This document shows, piece after piece, positions 5,456 through 14,382 of a stretch of 48,601 bases of DNA. Source of the DNA: a virus; the IMG/VR virus record IMGVR_UViG_3300037511_000156, positions 1 to 48,601 of that record. One strand, written 5' to 3'. A model generated the notes under the pieces. It was not told the DNA's origin and searched no databases. It saw nothing but the letters and a program-made list of their open reading frames with translations. Positions within the stretch are counted from its first letter, which is position 1; every line of letters begins with the position of its first letter. The position numbers and the translations under genes were made by a program.

Positions 5456-5677
5456 ATGAAAAGAATCAGCACACCTTCGCAAATGAAACCAAAATCAGAA
5501 GGCGAAATTTCACAATTCAAAAAAGTATCACCAGAAGGCAAGATTAGCCAGTACAGTGTGTACCTGCTGGACGGCCAATTCCATTTAGTTCACGGTTTGA
5601 TTTTTCATGTTCGGCAGAACCACACAGTAGCAAAGTCTAATAAAAGTTTCGCGGCAATAGCAAAGGCAATAATCTAA
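5456..5677 (+). CDS. Hypothetical early protein (internal start of the listed 5342..5677 ORF)
   Basis: Met39 starts MKRISTPSQMKPK... The upstream 38 codons are F/I-rich translated promoter-like AT sequence. Confidence 0.55.
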   Translation: MKRISTPSQMKPKSEGEISQFKKVSPEGKISQYSVYLLDGQFHLVHGLIFHVRQNHTVAKSNKSFAAIAKAII

Positions 5678-5682
5678 AAAAC

Positions 5683-5958
5683 ATGAAAACAACATTTGAA
5701 ACAGCACACGGCACGCGCGGGACACAAGCGAAAGAGTTCATGACCTTCTTTGATGACCGCGAGCAGGAGTGTATCGCCATAGTAACATGGGAATATGTGA
5801 CCGGCGCCGAAACCATCGTTACCTCGATAAAAATCAACCCGATCTGCTGGTATCGCATGCTGGAAGCCTCTTTAATAGAGGATGCTTACAACTTCATACG
5901 CGGTCAGTACACACGCGTTTCTTTCGAGACTAAAGGCCAAGTAACCGTAACCAAATAA
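5683..5958 (+). CDS. Hypothetical protein
   Basis: 91-aa ORF, 5 nt after the preceding stop. Confidence 0.6.
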   Translation: MKTTFETAHGTRGTQAKEFMTFFDDREQECIAIVTWEYVTGAETIVTSIKINPICWYRMLEASLIEDAYNFIRGQYTRVSFETKGQVTVTK

Positions 5959-5978
5959 CGCCAGCCGGGAAAGTACCG

Positions 5979-6197
5979 GTGAATGATATGAAACTAAAAC
6001 TTGAGGTATGGTATAGAGGTCAATGGATTGAAGTGTCCGAAGACCAATATCTATCTGCCATTAATAATGGCAAGGAAGGCAGAGGAATGAAAGAAGGCAT
6101 AGAAATAGGCCGTAATTACGGCGCATTTAAAGATAAGACGCCTGAACGCGACGACATAGCCGAAATGCCTCACGGAGATCCTTACAATAGACGGTAG
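5979..6197 (+). CDS. Hypothetical protein
   Basis: 72-aa ORF (GTG at 5979, or ATG at 5988). Confidence 0.55.
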   Translation: MNDMKLKLEVWYRGQWIEVSEDQYLSAINNGKEGRGMKEGIEIGRNYGAFKDKTPERDDIAEMPHGDPYNRR

Positions 6198-6220
6198 AAC
6201 AACAACTGACGAGGCTTTAA
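6197..6220 (+). repeat. Intergenic repeat, copy 1: GAACAACAACTGACGAGGCTTTAA
   Basis: Begins at the TAG stop and ends 8 nt before the ATG at 6229. Near-identical to 6528-6548. Confidence 0.7.
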
Positions 6221-6228
6221 TAACAAAT

Positions 6229-6528
6229 ATGACTCAAATAGATTACGATGCAATGGCCGAAATACTGTCTGAGAACGGTATTACGGCTACAGATGAGAAA
6301 ATCAAAGACATTACTGACCAGTTTATTAACCATAGGCAGTGTTTGTCTGATATGGAATCCGAGCAATTCCGTGGTTCTTTTTCTGAATGTGAATCTTGCA
6401 AAAACTTGAAAGAGCAGATAAAGGATTTACAACATGATCATGATATATACAAGCAATTTGCTAGTAAGAAAGCTGGCGACAGGCCCGTTTTCATACGGGA
6501 TGGTGAGATAATGTTTATCAAGCGATAG
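6229..6528 (+). CDS. Hypothetical protein
   Basis: 99-aa acidic ORF. Confidence 0.6.
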   Translation: MTQIDYDAMAEILSENGITATDEKIKDITDQFINHRQCLSDMESEQFRGSFSECESCKNLKEQIKDLQHDHDIYKQFASKKAGDRPVFIRDGEIMFIKR

Positions 6529-6548
6529 AACAAACTGACGAGGCTTAA
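6528..6548 (+). repeat. Intergenic repeat, copy 2: GAACAAACTGACGAGGCTTAA
   Basis: Same placement as copy 1: it starts in the TAG stop and ends 5 nt before the ATG at 6554. Confidence 0.7.
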
Positions 6549-6553
6549 ATAGC

Positions 6554-6886
6554 ATGAATACACCAAAACCCGACTACATAACGCCAGGCGCTAAGGTAGT
6601 CATGGCGATAGGCGCCAGCAATCGCATATCTGATGCGGGCAAACTTAAAGCCTTGGATGCCATCACAGATATGGTTAAAACCGACTGCATCGACAATAAC
6701 TTTCACGTTAAGGAGGCGGGAACATATAATGGCCTGGAGGTATACGACCAATCTATGCCAGCAGGCTATATATTAGTCGGCATGTTCTGGTTTGATGAGT
6801 CGGAGCTTGGTAAACACTTTTGGTGGCGAATTTACGATTACTTAACTAAAGACTATCAATTTAACAGTAACCCTCACGCTGGATGA
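6554..6886 (+). CDS. Hypothetical protein
   Basis: 110-aa ORF. Confidence 0.6.
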   Translation: MNTPKPDYITPGAKVVMAIGASNRISDAGKLKALDAITDMVKTDCIDNNFHVKEAGTYNGLEVYDQSMPAGYILVGMFWFDESELGKHFWWRIYDYLTKDYQFNSNPHAG

Positions 6887-7038
6887 AAAAGCACCTCACC
6901 GCGTGGGTCCGCCGCGCCGGATCAAAGGAGACGTACACAAAGGTAGCGTTTCCGGATTGTCTGAAGGTATCAGACGTATACGCCGAAGTTGAACGCCTCG
7001 GGCTCGAATTCGACAGCACTGCAATACATTGGGAATAG
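6883..7038 (+). CDS. Hypothetical small protein, 51 aa; below the ORF-track cutoff
   Basis: Manual translation: MKKHLTAWVRRAGSKETYTKVAFPDCLKVSDVYAEVERLGLEFDSTAIHWE*. It has an ATGA start/stop overlap with the upstream gene and fills an otherwise empty 155-nt gap. Confidence 0.5.
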   Translation: MKKHLTAWVRRAGSKETYTKVAFPDCLKVSDVYAEVERLGLEFDSTAIHWE

Positions 7039-7041
7039 ATT

Positions 7042-7371
7042 ATGGAAAAGAAAATGATAATAGTAACTGAATTTGATAAACTCCCACCAATATATGCCAC
7101 ATGGTATGAGTACTGGTTAAGACTCAACGAGTACATCGAAATAGATACTATAGACGTGGTTTTCAGGGATCATCCTCTTCGTGAAGAGACCGGTTACACG
7201 GAATACAAATGTAAATTGGATTTCATAAAGGCCAGGTGCTTCGAAGAAATGCAAAAGGTATGGAAAGATGCAGAGCCTGGACCTGACAGCCACCTAGACT
7301 GGCATGGTATGCCTGTGTATTACTTCTGGAAAGAGATCGATGAAAGATTTAAAATTGGAATAAAATCATGA
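7042..7371 (+). CDS. Hypothetical protein
   Basis: 109-aa ORF. Confidence 0.6.
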   Translation: MEKKMIIVTEFDKLPPIYATWYEYWLRLNEYIEIDTIDVVFRDHPLREETGYTEYKCKLDFIKARCFEEMQKVWKDAEPGPDSHLDWHGMPVYYFWKEIDERFKIGIKS

Positions 7372-7781
7372 CACAATTTAAACACACACCAGGACCTTGG
7401 AGATGGGAGTTGAATAAGCGTGGTAAGGGTATAACACTTTGTGGCGGCCAGCGTAGATTTGATAACTTCGTTATGTCTTTTTCACGTTGGGGTATGGGTG
7501 GCGCCACACCCAATTTCCGTGTACCTCTTAAAGATGATGATTCCTGCGGAATAATGGAAAAGGCGCACACAATGGGCGTAATTGTTAAAGGTCGGGAACA
7601 TCATCAGGATTGGTTTATGGATATCAACCATCCAGATGCTAAATTGATAGCCGCAGCGCCTGATCTTTTGGAAGCATGCATATCAGCCTTAAGCGTCGGA
7701 GAAATTCAATTTGAGTCTTGCGCTTTAAGCAGAGATGTTAAAAATAAATTACAGAAGGCCATTAAAAAAGCTACCGAATGA
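7368..7781 (+). CDS. Hypothetical protein
   Basis: 137-aa ORF with a 4-nt overlap onto its neighbours. Contains HTPGPW...AKLIAAAPDLLEAC. Confidence 0.65.
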   Translation: MTQFKHTPGPWRWELNKRGKGITLCGGQRRFDNFVMSFSRWGMGGATPNFRVPLKDDDSCGIMEKAHTMGVIVKGREHHQDWFMDINHPDAKLIAAAPDLLEACISALSVGEIQFESCALSRDVKNKLQKAIKKATE

Positions 7782-7981
7782 ACATAACATGTTTCAATGC
7801 ACCATCTGCTAGAGTAGAGATCTTACGTGGGAATAAAGCCGGTGTACGCGGATCTATAGAAGGTATTGAGTATGACCGTGAAGGTAGGATAAAGTTCTGG
7901 CTAGTGAGTCCTGATAATAATGGGCCTCGTATAGCCGTTAAGTTCGGAAACACAAAAAGGATTTGGGGGCGAAAACCATGA
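7778..7981 (+). CDS. Hypothetical protein
   Basis: 67-aa ORF with overlapping start and stop. Confidence 0.55.
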   Translation: MNITCFNAPSARVEILRGNKAGVRGSIEGIEYDREGRIKFWLVSPDNNGPRIAVKFGNTKRIWGRKP

Positions 7982-8226
7982 TACCCAAGCTTACCGACTT
8001 CTCTAAAGAGGAATTGAATTGGATAAGAAGGCTTGCAGAACTAGAATGTGCCGTACTGGATGAATTCTGCGGCAACTACGAGGCGGGCGAATACCTGAAA
8101 GTTGGATCAGCACGAGAAGCTTATTCCCAAAAGAGTCTAAATCGTGATTATGCACATCAATGGCTTACCAAGCTAACCGAAGCCATCCAGGAAGTAGAGC
8201 GAAACGAACGAATACAATCAAATTAA
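7978..8226 (+). CDS. Hypothetical protein (ATG at 7978 preferred over the listed 7963 start)
   Basis: ATGA overlap with the upstream stop. Begins MIPKLTDFSKEELNWIRRLAELE... Confidence 0.55.
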   Translation: MIPKLTDFSKEELNWIRRLAELECAVLDEFCGNYEAGEYLKVGSAREAYSQKSLNRDYAHQWLTKLTEAIQEVERNERIQSN

Positions 8227-8228
8227 TC

Positions 8229-8429
8229 ATGGACAAACTTACACAGCAAAAAAGAACGTATTTTGAAATGCAGAAAATGGCAAATATGGATGTAATATTT
8301 GCCGTAAGAACTGATTCGGCTCGTGCATATCTTCGTGATATGATTGCTGCGGCTACACATTTGCCATCAAAAATGGTACAAGAGTTTAATGAAGAGGCTG
8401 TTTTAAACTGTTCTCAAAACCCTTACTAA
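8229..8429 (+). CDS. Hypothetical protein (ATG at 8229 preferred over the listed 8160 start)
   Basis: MDKLTQQKRTYFEMQKM... starts 2 nt after the preceding stop. Confidence 0.5.
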   Translation: MDKLTQQKRTYFEMQKMANMDVIFAVRTDSARAYLRDMIAAATHLPSKMVQEFNEEAVLNCSQNPY

Positions 8430-8437
8430 GCAGTATA

Positions 8438-9352
8438 ATGAGCGAAAACCAATTAACAGTAAAGAATCTATTCGGCCGAGATGAAGTCCGGAACAAGTTT
8501 CAGGAGATGCTCGGCAAGCGCGCCCCGTCATTCATTACGTCGGTCTTGCAGATCGTAGCCTCAAACCAACTATTGGCAAATGCTGAACCAAACAGTATAT
8601 ACCATTCTGCAGCTGTGGCTGCTACGCTTGACCTCCCGCTGAATAACGCCCTCGGATTCGCTTATATAGTGCCTTATAATCAAAAGGATGACAAGGGAGT
8701 TTATCGCCAAGTGGCGCAGTTCCAAATAGGTTACAAGGGGCTAAAACAACTCGCGCTACGGAGCGGGCAATTCAAGATCATGAACGCTACAGATGTGCGT
8801 CAGGGCGAGATTGTTAAGCATGATCGCCTTACCGGAGAGATGCAATTCAAGTGGATTGAAGACGAAAACGAGCGCGATAAGCTGCCGATCATTGGCTTTG
8901 TAAGCTACTTTGAATTGCTGAATGGCTATACTCAGACGTTCTACATGACCGTCAAGAAAATCGAAAAGCATGCAAAGCGATTCAGTAAGACTTATCAGAA
9001 AGGATTCGGCCTATGGAAAGATGATTTCGAATCGATGGCCATGAAGACTGTTACAAAACTTAATCTCGGCAAGAATGCACCCCTGTCAATTGAAATGCAG
9101 AAGGCTATAATATTCGATCAGTCAGTAGTTAAGGACGCCGGAACAGCCGATGTTACTTACGTTGACAACGTGGATGAGGCCGCAGAACAGCTACCCGAAA
9201 ATCCAGAATCATCAAGGTTGTTTGATCTGATCGAAGCGGCTGAGACGGTGGAGGAGCTTGAAGGATACGGTAAGTATCTACAGCAAGATCATTTAGACGC
9301 ATACACGGTAAAGTTGGACGAACTTAAAGCCGCGAAGGATGCCAAAAAATGA
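8438..9352 (+). CDS. recT: RecT-family single-strand annealing protein
   Basis: 304 aa. Contains ...LGFAYIVPYN...QFQIGYKGLKQLALRSGQF..., typical of RecT. Paired with a downstream exonuclease. Confidence 0.8.
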   Translation: MSENQLTVKNLFGRDEVRNKFQEMLGKRAPSFITSVLQIVASNQLLANAEPNSIYHSAAVAATLDLPLNNALGFAYIVPYNQKDDKGVYRQVAQFQIGYKGLKQLALRSGQFKIMNATDVRQGEIVKHDRLTGEMQFKWIEDENERDKLPIIGFVSYFELLNGYTQTFYMTVKKIEKHAKRFSKTYQKGFGLWKDDFESMAMKTVTKLNLGKNAPLSIEMQKAIIFDQSVVKDAGTADVTYVDNVDEAAEQLPENPESSRLFDLIEAAETVEELEGYGKYLQQDHLDAYTVKLDELKAAKDAKK

Positions 9353-10061
9353 TTTTTCAAACTACAAGTTTCGGTGTTCGTCATTAGGTAAACTGATGAC
9401 GGATGCCCGGAGCGGTGGTGGTCTTGGTGAAACTGCCAAGGCTCACTTACTAGAGTGTTGGATTCGTGAACGGTATGGGAGAGACCATGAAATAATATCC
9501 AAGTATATGCAGAAGGGTATAGCGGTCGAAGAAGCAGCCATTACGCAATACTCTTTGCAAAAAAAGAAGTTCTTCAAAAAGAATGTCGACAAGCTTGAAA
9601 ACGAGTTCATTACCGGGACGCCAGATCTGTATACCGGTGAGTCCATCAAAGAAGCAGAAGAAATAATCGACATAAAATCGTCCTGGGATATCTTCACTTT
9701 TTGGGCGAACTTTCATAAGCCCCTAAACAAAGATTACCGGTATCAGCTGTTGGGCTATCAAGCACTATCTAATGCACGTAAATCCAACTTAGCGTATGAA
9801 CTGGTATCAACGCCAAGCAAATTCATTGAAGACGAGATAAACCGAAAAAAATGGGACTGGGGCAACATAGATCCAGAATCAGACCCAAATTTCATGCAAC
9901 TCGTGGACTATATACGATCATCCATGCGGTACGAAGACATCCCCCTATCTGAGAAACTGATTGAGTTCGAAATACCGTGGGATGAAAACGAAGTGGACAA
10001 GATCTATGAACGTTGCAAAGTCGGTCGTAAATTCATGCAAGAACTAGAAAACGCAATATGA
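9339..10061 (+). CDS. PD-(D/E)xK exonuclease (YqaJ/lambda Exo-like recombination partner)
   Basis: 240 aa. TPDL ... EEIIDIKSS matches the PD...(D/E)xK pattern. It overlaps the recT stop. Confidence 0.65.
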   Translation: MPKNDFSNYKFRCSSLGKLMTDARSGGGLGETAKAHLLECWIRERYGRDHEIISKYMQKGIAVEEAAITQYSLQKKKFFKKNVDKLENEFITGTPDLYTGESIKEAEEIIDIKSSWDIFTFWANFHKPLNKDYRYQLLGYQALSNARKSNLAYELVSTPSKFIEDEINRKKWDWGNIDPESDPNFMQLVDYIRSSMRYEDIPLSEKLIEFEIPWDENEVDKIYERCKVGRKFMQELENAI

Positions 10062-10258
10062 AAAAACCGGAACCGCAAACACTGATGATTCTGATGTATC
10101 TACTCACCGGATCAGAATTGACCACGCTGGAGGCGTTTAAGTACTTTGGATGTACACGCCTGGCCGCCCGCATACTCGACCTGCAAAGGAAGGGATTCTA
10201 CATCAAACGAGAGATTGTAAAGCGCGATCAGAAATACGTAACCGCATATTCATTATGA
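10058..10258 (+). CDS. Small winged-helix/HTH protein
   Basis: 66 aa. Contains LTTLEAFKYFGCTRLAARILDLQRKGFYIKRE. Confidence 0.5.
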   Translation: MKKPEPQTLMILMYLLTGSELTTLEAFKYFGCTRLAARILDLQRKGFYIKREIVKRDQKYVTAYSL

Positions 10259-10422
10259 GCAGCGGAAAGCGTCATCCTTACCTTGGTGGTTATGAATTCT
10301 GGAAGAAAAATAAATTCTGGAATACCATAAAGGCACTGTCACCGTCCGGCAAGCATTACTATGAATCTTGGCTTATCGACCTCAAACAGACCGATAAAAC
10401 ATCAAAGCCGAATAATTCATGA
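10255..10422 (+). CDS. Hypothetical small protein (internal start of the listed 10150..10422 ORF)
   Basis: ATGA overlap with the upstream stop. Begins MSSGKRHPYLGGYEFWKK... Confidence 0.45.
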   Translation: MSSGKRHPYLGGYEFWKKNKFWNTIKALSPSGKHYYESWLIDLKQTDKTSKPNNS

Positions 10423-10523
10423 AAGATCCGCACGACCACATATCCGGCATAGTCATCGCGATGGCCGCCGGCCTGATACTAGCTATCGCTTTAGTCACAT
10501 TGTCAACTTTAATTTTTACTTGA
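10419..10523 (+). CDS. 34-aa single-pass membrane peptide; below the ORF-track cutoff
   Basis: Manual translation: MKDPHDHISGIVIAMAAGLILAIALVTLSTLIFT*. ATGA-type overlaps at both ends. Confidence 0.45.
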   Translation: MKDPHDHISGIVIAMAAGLILAIALVTLSTLIFT

Positions 10524-10936
10524 TGATCGTAACCACATTCCTCCTACTATCCGTCCCGCTGGCCGTAGAGCTGCGGGAGGATTACGTGCAAATCGTAAAG
10601 AAAAAGAAAGTCGATGATCATGCCAATGACATGATCGCGCGCAGCATCCTTATTGTGGTCTGTGCGGTACTCGACAGTCTGGCCAATCATGGCGCAATAA
10701 CGTGGCTGCAGCTATTCCAATCGATCCTGATGGGCATTGCCTGGTTTTGGCTGTGGTTTGACTACCTGCTGAACCTTTTCGCTTTCCCGGATCGCGCATT
10801 CTTCAGCCTCGGAACGACATCATGGACCGATCGGAAACTTTCATTCCTACCATGGTACGGAGTTCTATTCGCTAAAATATGGTTTTTCGGCGTCGCAATC
10901 GGGGTATACTACTACTGGGATTTAATCGTAAGCTGA
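10523..10936 (+). CDS. Multi-pass membrane protein (holin candidate; Met55 of the listed 10361..10936 ORF)
   Basis: MIVTTFLLLSVPLAV... has about four hydrophobic segments. Located two genes upstream of the amidase. Confidence 0.55.
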   Translation: MIVTTFLLLSVPLAVELREDYVQIVKKKKVDDHANDMIARSILIVVCAVLDSLANHGAITWLQLFQSILMGIAWFWLWFDYLLNLFAFPDRAFFSLGTTSWTDRKLSFLPWYGVLFAKIWFFGVAIGVYYYWDLIVS

Positions 10937-11115
10937 TGGGAACAATTCGATGTAACATTTGCGATCACGAAAAGGTGCCTCGCATCCACATCCGCCGCCA
11001 CACGCTCATCACCGGCGAGATTCGGGAATACACGTCAACCATCTGGCGGTGCCGAAACTGCGAAAACAAACACAGAAGAGAAAACAGACAATACCATAAA
11101 CGACCAAGAATATGA
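10936..11115 (+). CDS. Small zinc-ribbon protein
   Basis: MGTIRCNICDH...WRCRNCENK gives two CxxC pairs. The start overlaps the upstream stop. Confidence 0.5.
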   Translation: MGTIRCNICDHEKVPRIHIRRHTLITGEIREYTSTIWRCRNCENKHRRENRQYHKRPRI

Positions 11116-11729
11116 AAATCGTACAGAACCTACTACCAGAAGACCAGTATTACCAGCAGGTCACCACGAAGACCATGATCGTACTACATCACACCGTGTC
11201 GCCCGGGCATGACGCTACAGGGGATATAAAATGGTGGCTAAGTACTCCGGATCGCGTCGCAACGCACTGCATAATCACCCAGGACGGCACTATCCACAAG
11301 ACCATCGACAGCAAATACTGGGGGCATCACCTGGGGCTTAAAGAAAGCTACAATATGGCGCTCAATAAGGCCTCGTATTCCATCGAACTGGATAGTCTTG
11401 GCCCGGTGGATAAGGATGGCAATTCGCTCGCATATAAGGGCGTAAAAGCCCGTTCAGGCGTGCAGGAATATACCAACAAGTTCCGCGGGTATCAATATTT
11501 CGAGAAGTACACGCCGGAACAGATAGAAGCAGCCCGAGAACTCATAATTGCGATAGCTCACTCTTACGACATTCCACTGCATTATAATCCGGCGATGTGG
11601 GATGTATCACACGCTGCCTTAGCGGGCGTCCCTGGCGTATGGTCGCACGTATCATTCCGAAAAGACAAATCTGACTGCCACCCTCAGCCTGAGCTTATAG
11701 AAATGCTTAAATCATCATTACAGCCGTGA
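11112..11729 (+). CDS. N-acetylmuramoyl-L-alanine amidase (Amidase_2/PGRP-type endolysin)
   Basis: 205 aa. Contains MIVLHHTVSPGH..., ATHCII... and a C-terminal KSDCHP, matching the zinc-ligand pattern of Amidase_2. Confidence 0.8.
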   Translation: MKIVQNLLPEDQYYQQVTTKTMIVLHHTVSPGHDATGDIKWWLSTPDRVATHCIITQDGTIHKTIDSKYWGHHLGLKESYNMALNKASYSIELDSLGPVDKDGNSLAYKGVKARSGVQEYTNKFRGYQYFEKYTPEQIEAARELIIAIAHSYDIPLHYNPAMWDVSHAALAGVPGVWSHVSFRKDKSDCHPQPELIEMLKSSLQP

Positions 11730-11932
11730 AATTAAAGCACCCAAACAAAGCCGTAAAGATCATTACAGGCCAGCCGGAAGGATACAGGGCAAATTATAGC
11801 TTTGTGTTCAGCGAAAACGTGGAAGATTGGTATATGGGTAAATGTCACTATGCCAACGACCGGACCAAGCTGTATTTTCGTAAGAAAAGGCTGTATAAAA
11901 ATCAGCCTGGTGGATTGCATGCATCGGGTTAA
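11726..11932 (+). CDS. Hypothetical protein
   Basis: 68-aa ORF with a GTG start overlapping the amidase stop. Confidence 0.5.
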   Translation: MKLKHPNKAVKIITGQPEGYRANYSFVFSENVEDWYMGKCHYANDRTKLYFRKKRLYKNQPGGLHASG

Positions 11933-11992
11933 TTGACTATGTTTGCCTTGTGAAAGGATCACAATGCTGTGGCGGCAGAATTATCAATATTC

Positions 11993-12050
11993 AAAATCCC
12001 TCACGGGGGAGGCACCGCCAAAGGCCGAACTCGTGAGGGATTTTTATTTT
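11993..12050 (+). terminator. Rho-independent terminator with a 13-bp stem and 26-nt loop
   Basis: AAAATCCCTCACG (11993-12005) pairs with CGTGAGGGATTTT (12032-12044). TTATTTT follows, directly before the ATG at 12051. Confidence 0.65.
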
Positions 12051-13052
12051 ATGGCAAAAGAGCTACCCTATTTTAAGTTTGAGCCGGGAGCCTGGGACAA
12101 TGGTAATATTCAGATATGCTCTTATAAAGCGCAGGGAGTATTCATAAATATATGCTGTTTATACTGGCAAAGGCTTGGTGATCTTCCCGAGCGATTGATT
12201 TTAGTTAAAATATGCAAGGGCGACATAGAGCCATACAAAGAATTAATTGATCATGGTATTATAAAATCAAAAGACGGTAAAATTGAGATAGATTTTCTTG
12301 ATTCTCAACTTGAGGAGTTCTCAGACCTAAGGCAAAAAAGAGTTGAAGCCGGAAGTAAGGGCGGAAAAAATAGATCTTTATCACCAGAAATAGCTAGAGT
12401 CCAAGGAAGCCAATTTTACGTAATTCATTGCTACAATGATGACGAAGAATTTATAAAAGTGGGTGTAACCTCTGAAAGTATATCAAGACGATTCAGCGGT
12501 AAAATGCCATACAAATATGATATTATTTTTCAGCTGCTAACGGATGATTACTTGTCAATTGAATCAGAGTGTTGCGACAAATTGCGACAATATTCTTACG
12601 TCGCTAAAGAAATTTTCCCTGGATACCTTGAATGCTTTAAAACGGCTTGTATTGACGATTTAAGTGACATTATGAAGCGTCGCAATAGCTTCGCTTTAGC
12701 GACGCCAAAGCTTCGCAATGCTATAAGAGAAGAGAATAGAAGAGAAGAAGAGAAGAAAACTCATTTGATTAAACCTTATGACCGTTCGGATTATTACAAC
12801 GACCCGGCTCAGGCGTTCGACGACATCAAGGCGGATGAACTCTTCGTTGAACGCCTGGTAAGAATAATGCACCAAAGAGGCTTTAGATCATTCACCCCTG
12901 TTCAAATGCTTCACGCTCTTCGAGAATTTTTAACTACAGAAGCCGCCAAACCAGAATTTCCAGACCGAGAGCGGGTAGAGGTCAAAAGCCATTTTACAAA
13001 CTGGATAAGCAAATACTCAGAAAAAGTAGCAAATACCCATGGAAGAATTTAA
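12051..13052 (+). CDS. Replication-associated protein with an embedded T5orf172/GIY-YIG-like segment (Met37 of the listed ORF)
   Basis: N-terminus: MAKELPYFKFEPGAWDNGNIQICSYKAQGVFINICCLYWQR. Middle segment: FYVIHCYNDDEEFIKVGVTSESISRRFSG. The listed upstream 36 codons overlap the terminator hairpin. Confidence 0.5.
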   Translation: MAKELPYFKFEPGAWDNGNIQICSYKAQGVFINICCLYWQRLGDLPERLILVKICKGDIEPYKELIDHGIIKSKDGKIEIDFLDSQLEEFSDLRQKRVEAGSKGGKNRSLSPEIARVQGSQFYVIHCYNDDEEFIKVGVTSESISRRFSGKMPYKYDIIFQLLTDDYLSIESECCDKLRQYSYVAKEIFPGYLECFKTACIDDLSDIMKRRNSFALATPKLRNAIREENRREEEKKTHLIKPYDRSDYYNDPAQAFDDIKADELFVERLVRIMHQRGFRSFTPVQMLHALREFLTTEAAKPEFPDRERVEVKSHFTNWISKYSEKVANTHGRI

Positions 13053-13443
13053 AGATAGTCTTTTGAAATACGTGGAAATCGGGAATGAATTCCGCCGCCG
13101 GCACTTCGAGATAACCACATCGGCCAAAGCCCATAATCGGGTTTGCGAGAATCTGGCGAAGTCACTAGCCAAAGAACGCCCCAGGACACAGGCCGAAATG
13201 GAGCGAAATGGCGAGCTGTCGGATTTCGTCATTAAATGTGCTCAGTTGAACGATCAGGTTTTAGGTATGCTGGACTATACCCACAAGCTTTTGGATGCAA
13301 TACAGGGTGATCTAAAGGCAATAGAGGCCGGCCAGCTTGTAGATAAGCACCGGATGCAGGCTGAAACCATCGCACAACTGCTAAAACAGCGGGATGAATT
13401 AGTAAAAACCATATCCGACCTGAAGAATGAACACCGGGGATAG
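13039..13443 (+). CDS. Hypothetical coiled-coil protein
   Basis: 134-aa ORF rich in E/K/L. Confidence 0.6.
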   Translation: MEEFKDSLLKYVEIGNEFRRRHFEITTSAKAHNRVCENLAKSLAKERPRTQAEMERNGELSDFVIKCAQLNDQVLGMLDYTHKLLDAIQGDLKAIEAGQLVDKHRMQAETIAQLLKQRDELVKTISDLKNEHRG

Positions 13444-14371
13444 AATACGCCAGATCCTGAACAATCCTACTGAGCCCGGGTTTGAGTACATCGCCGATCC
13501 AAAAGATTATGAGCGCGAGGTTTTGAACGGTTTCAAAATGGATATTGCGAAGTATGGTAATAGCTTCGACAGGCATTGCCCGGCAAAGCTTGGCCAGCTG
13601 ACATGCATAATCGGGCATACGAATGTGGGGAAAACCACTTCCATACTATGGTTACTATCTCGGTTAATTCGATCAAAGCGCCGGGTTTTGATCTATTCGG
13701 CTGAAAACCGTATTTCGTCGTTGCATAACCAATTAACGCGATTTGTGTTTGAGACCGGGCAGATAACGCAGGATCATTTAAACGAGATGCGGAAATACCA
13801 CCGGTACATCAAACACGAAAAGCACTTCACATACCGGGATATGTTGAATCAGGCGACCTACTTACTCGATGCCGGATTTGAATTTGATTTCTTCCTAATC
13901 GATCCATACAACGCCCTTCGAATCGATCCAGCATCGAAGATTAACACACACGATTATCATTACCAGGCAGCCGAAGAAATGCGGATATTCACCATAAACA
14001 CGAATAAAAGCATAATGCTAAACTGCCACACCGTAACTGAAGCCCAGCGGGTTAAGCCTGACGCGAACGGACATCGACCCGCACCCATGGACTCAGATGT
14101 TGAGGGCGGCGGTAAATTCCCTAATAAGGCGGATGATACAATCGTCATCCACCGGCAGATAAGCTCGATGATTGAGGGCGAAAAGTTCGTGACGGAAATA
14201 CATGTGCGAAAGGTCCGAAATCAGGAGTTCGGCGGCGAGCCTACGCCATTTAATTCACCTTACCGCATTAGGTACCGTATTGACCGCACTGGATTCGATG
14301 AGTTGACAGGATACGAAGGTCCTAAAGATTATACCACAACGAACTTCTATGAAACTGAACGAGCATTTTAA
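13427..14371 (+). CDS. P-loop ATPase, DnaB/RecA-like (replicative helicase candidate)
   Basis: Walker A is IIGHTNVGKTT. A Walker B-like FFLIDPYNAL is also present. 314 aa. Confidence 0.6.
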   Translation: MNTGDRIRQILNNPTEPGFEYIADPKDYEREVLNGFKMDIAKYGNSFDRHCPAKLGQLTCIIGHTNVGKTTSILWLLSRLIRSKRRVLIYSAENRISSLHNQLTRFVFETGQITQDHLNEMRKYHRYIKHEKHFTYRDMLNQATYLLDAGFEFDFFLIDPYNALRIDPASKINTHDYHYQAAEEMRIFTINTNKSIMLNCHTVTEAQRVKPDANGHRPAPMDSDVEGGGKFPNKADDTIVIHRQISSMIEGEKFVTEIHVRKVRNQEFGGEPTPFNSPYRIRYRIDRTGFDELTGYEGPKDYTTTNFYETERAF

Positions 14372-14382
14372 ACCAAAAACTT

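Noticed and set aside
6205-6217. CTGACGAGG in the intergenic repeat, which resembles the hammerhead ribozyme CUGANGA core.
   Set aside because: The other conserved hammerhead elements (GAAA, flanking helices I-III) could not be placed around either copy.
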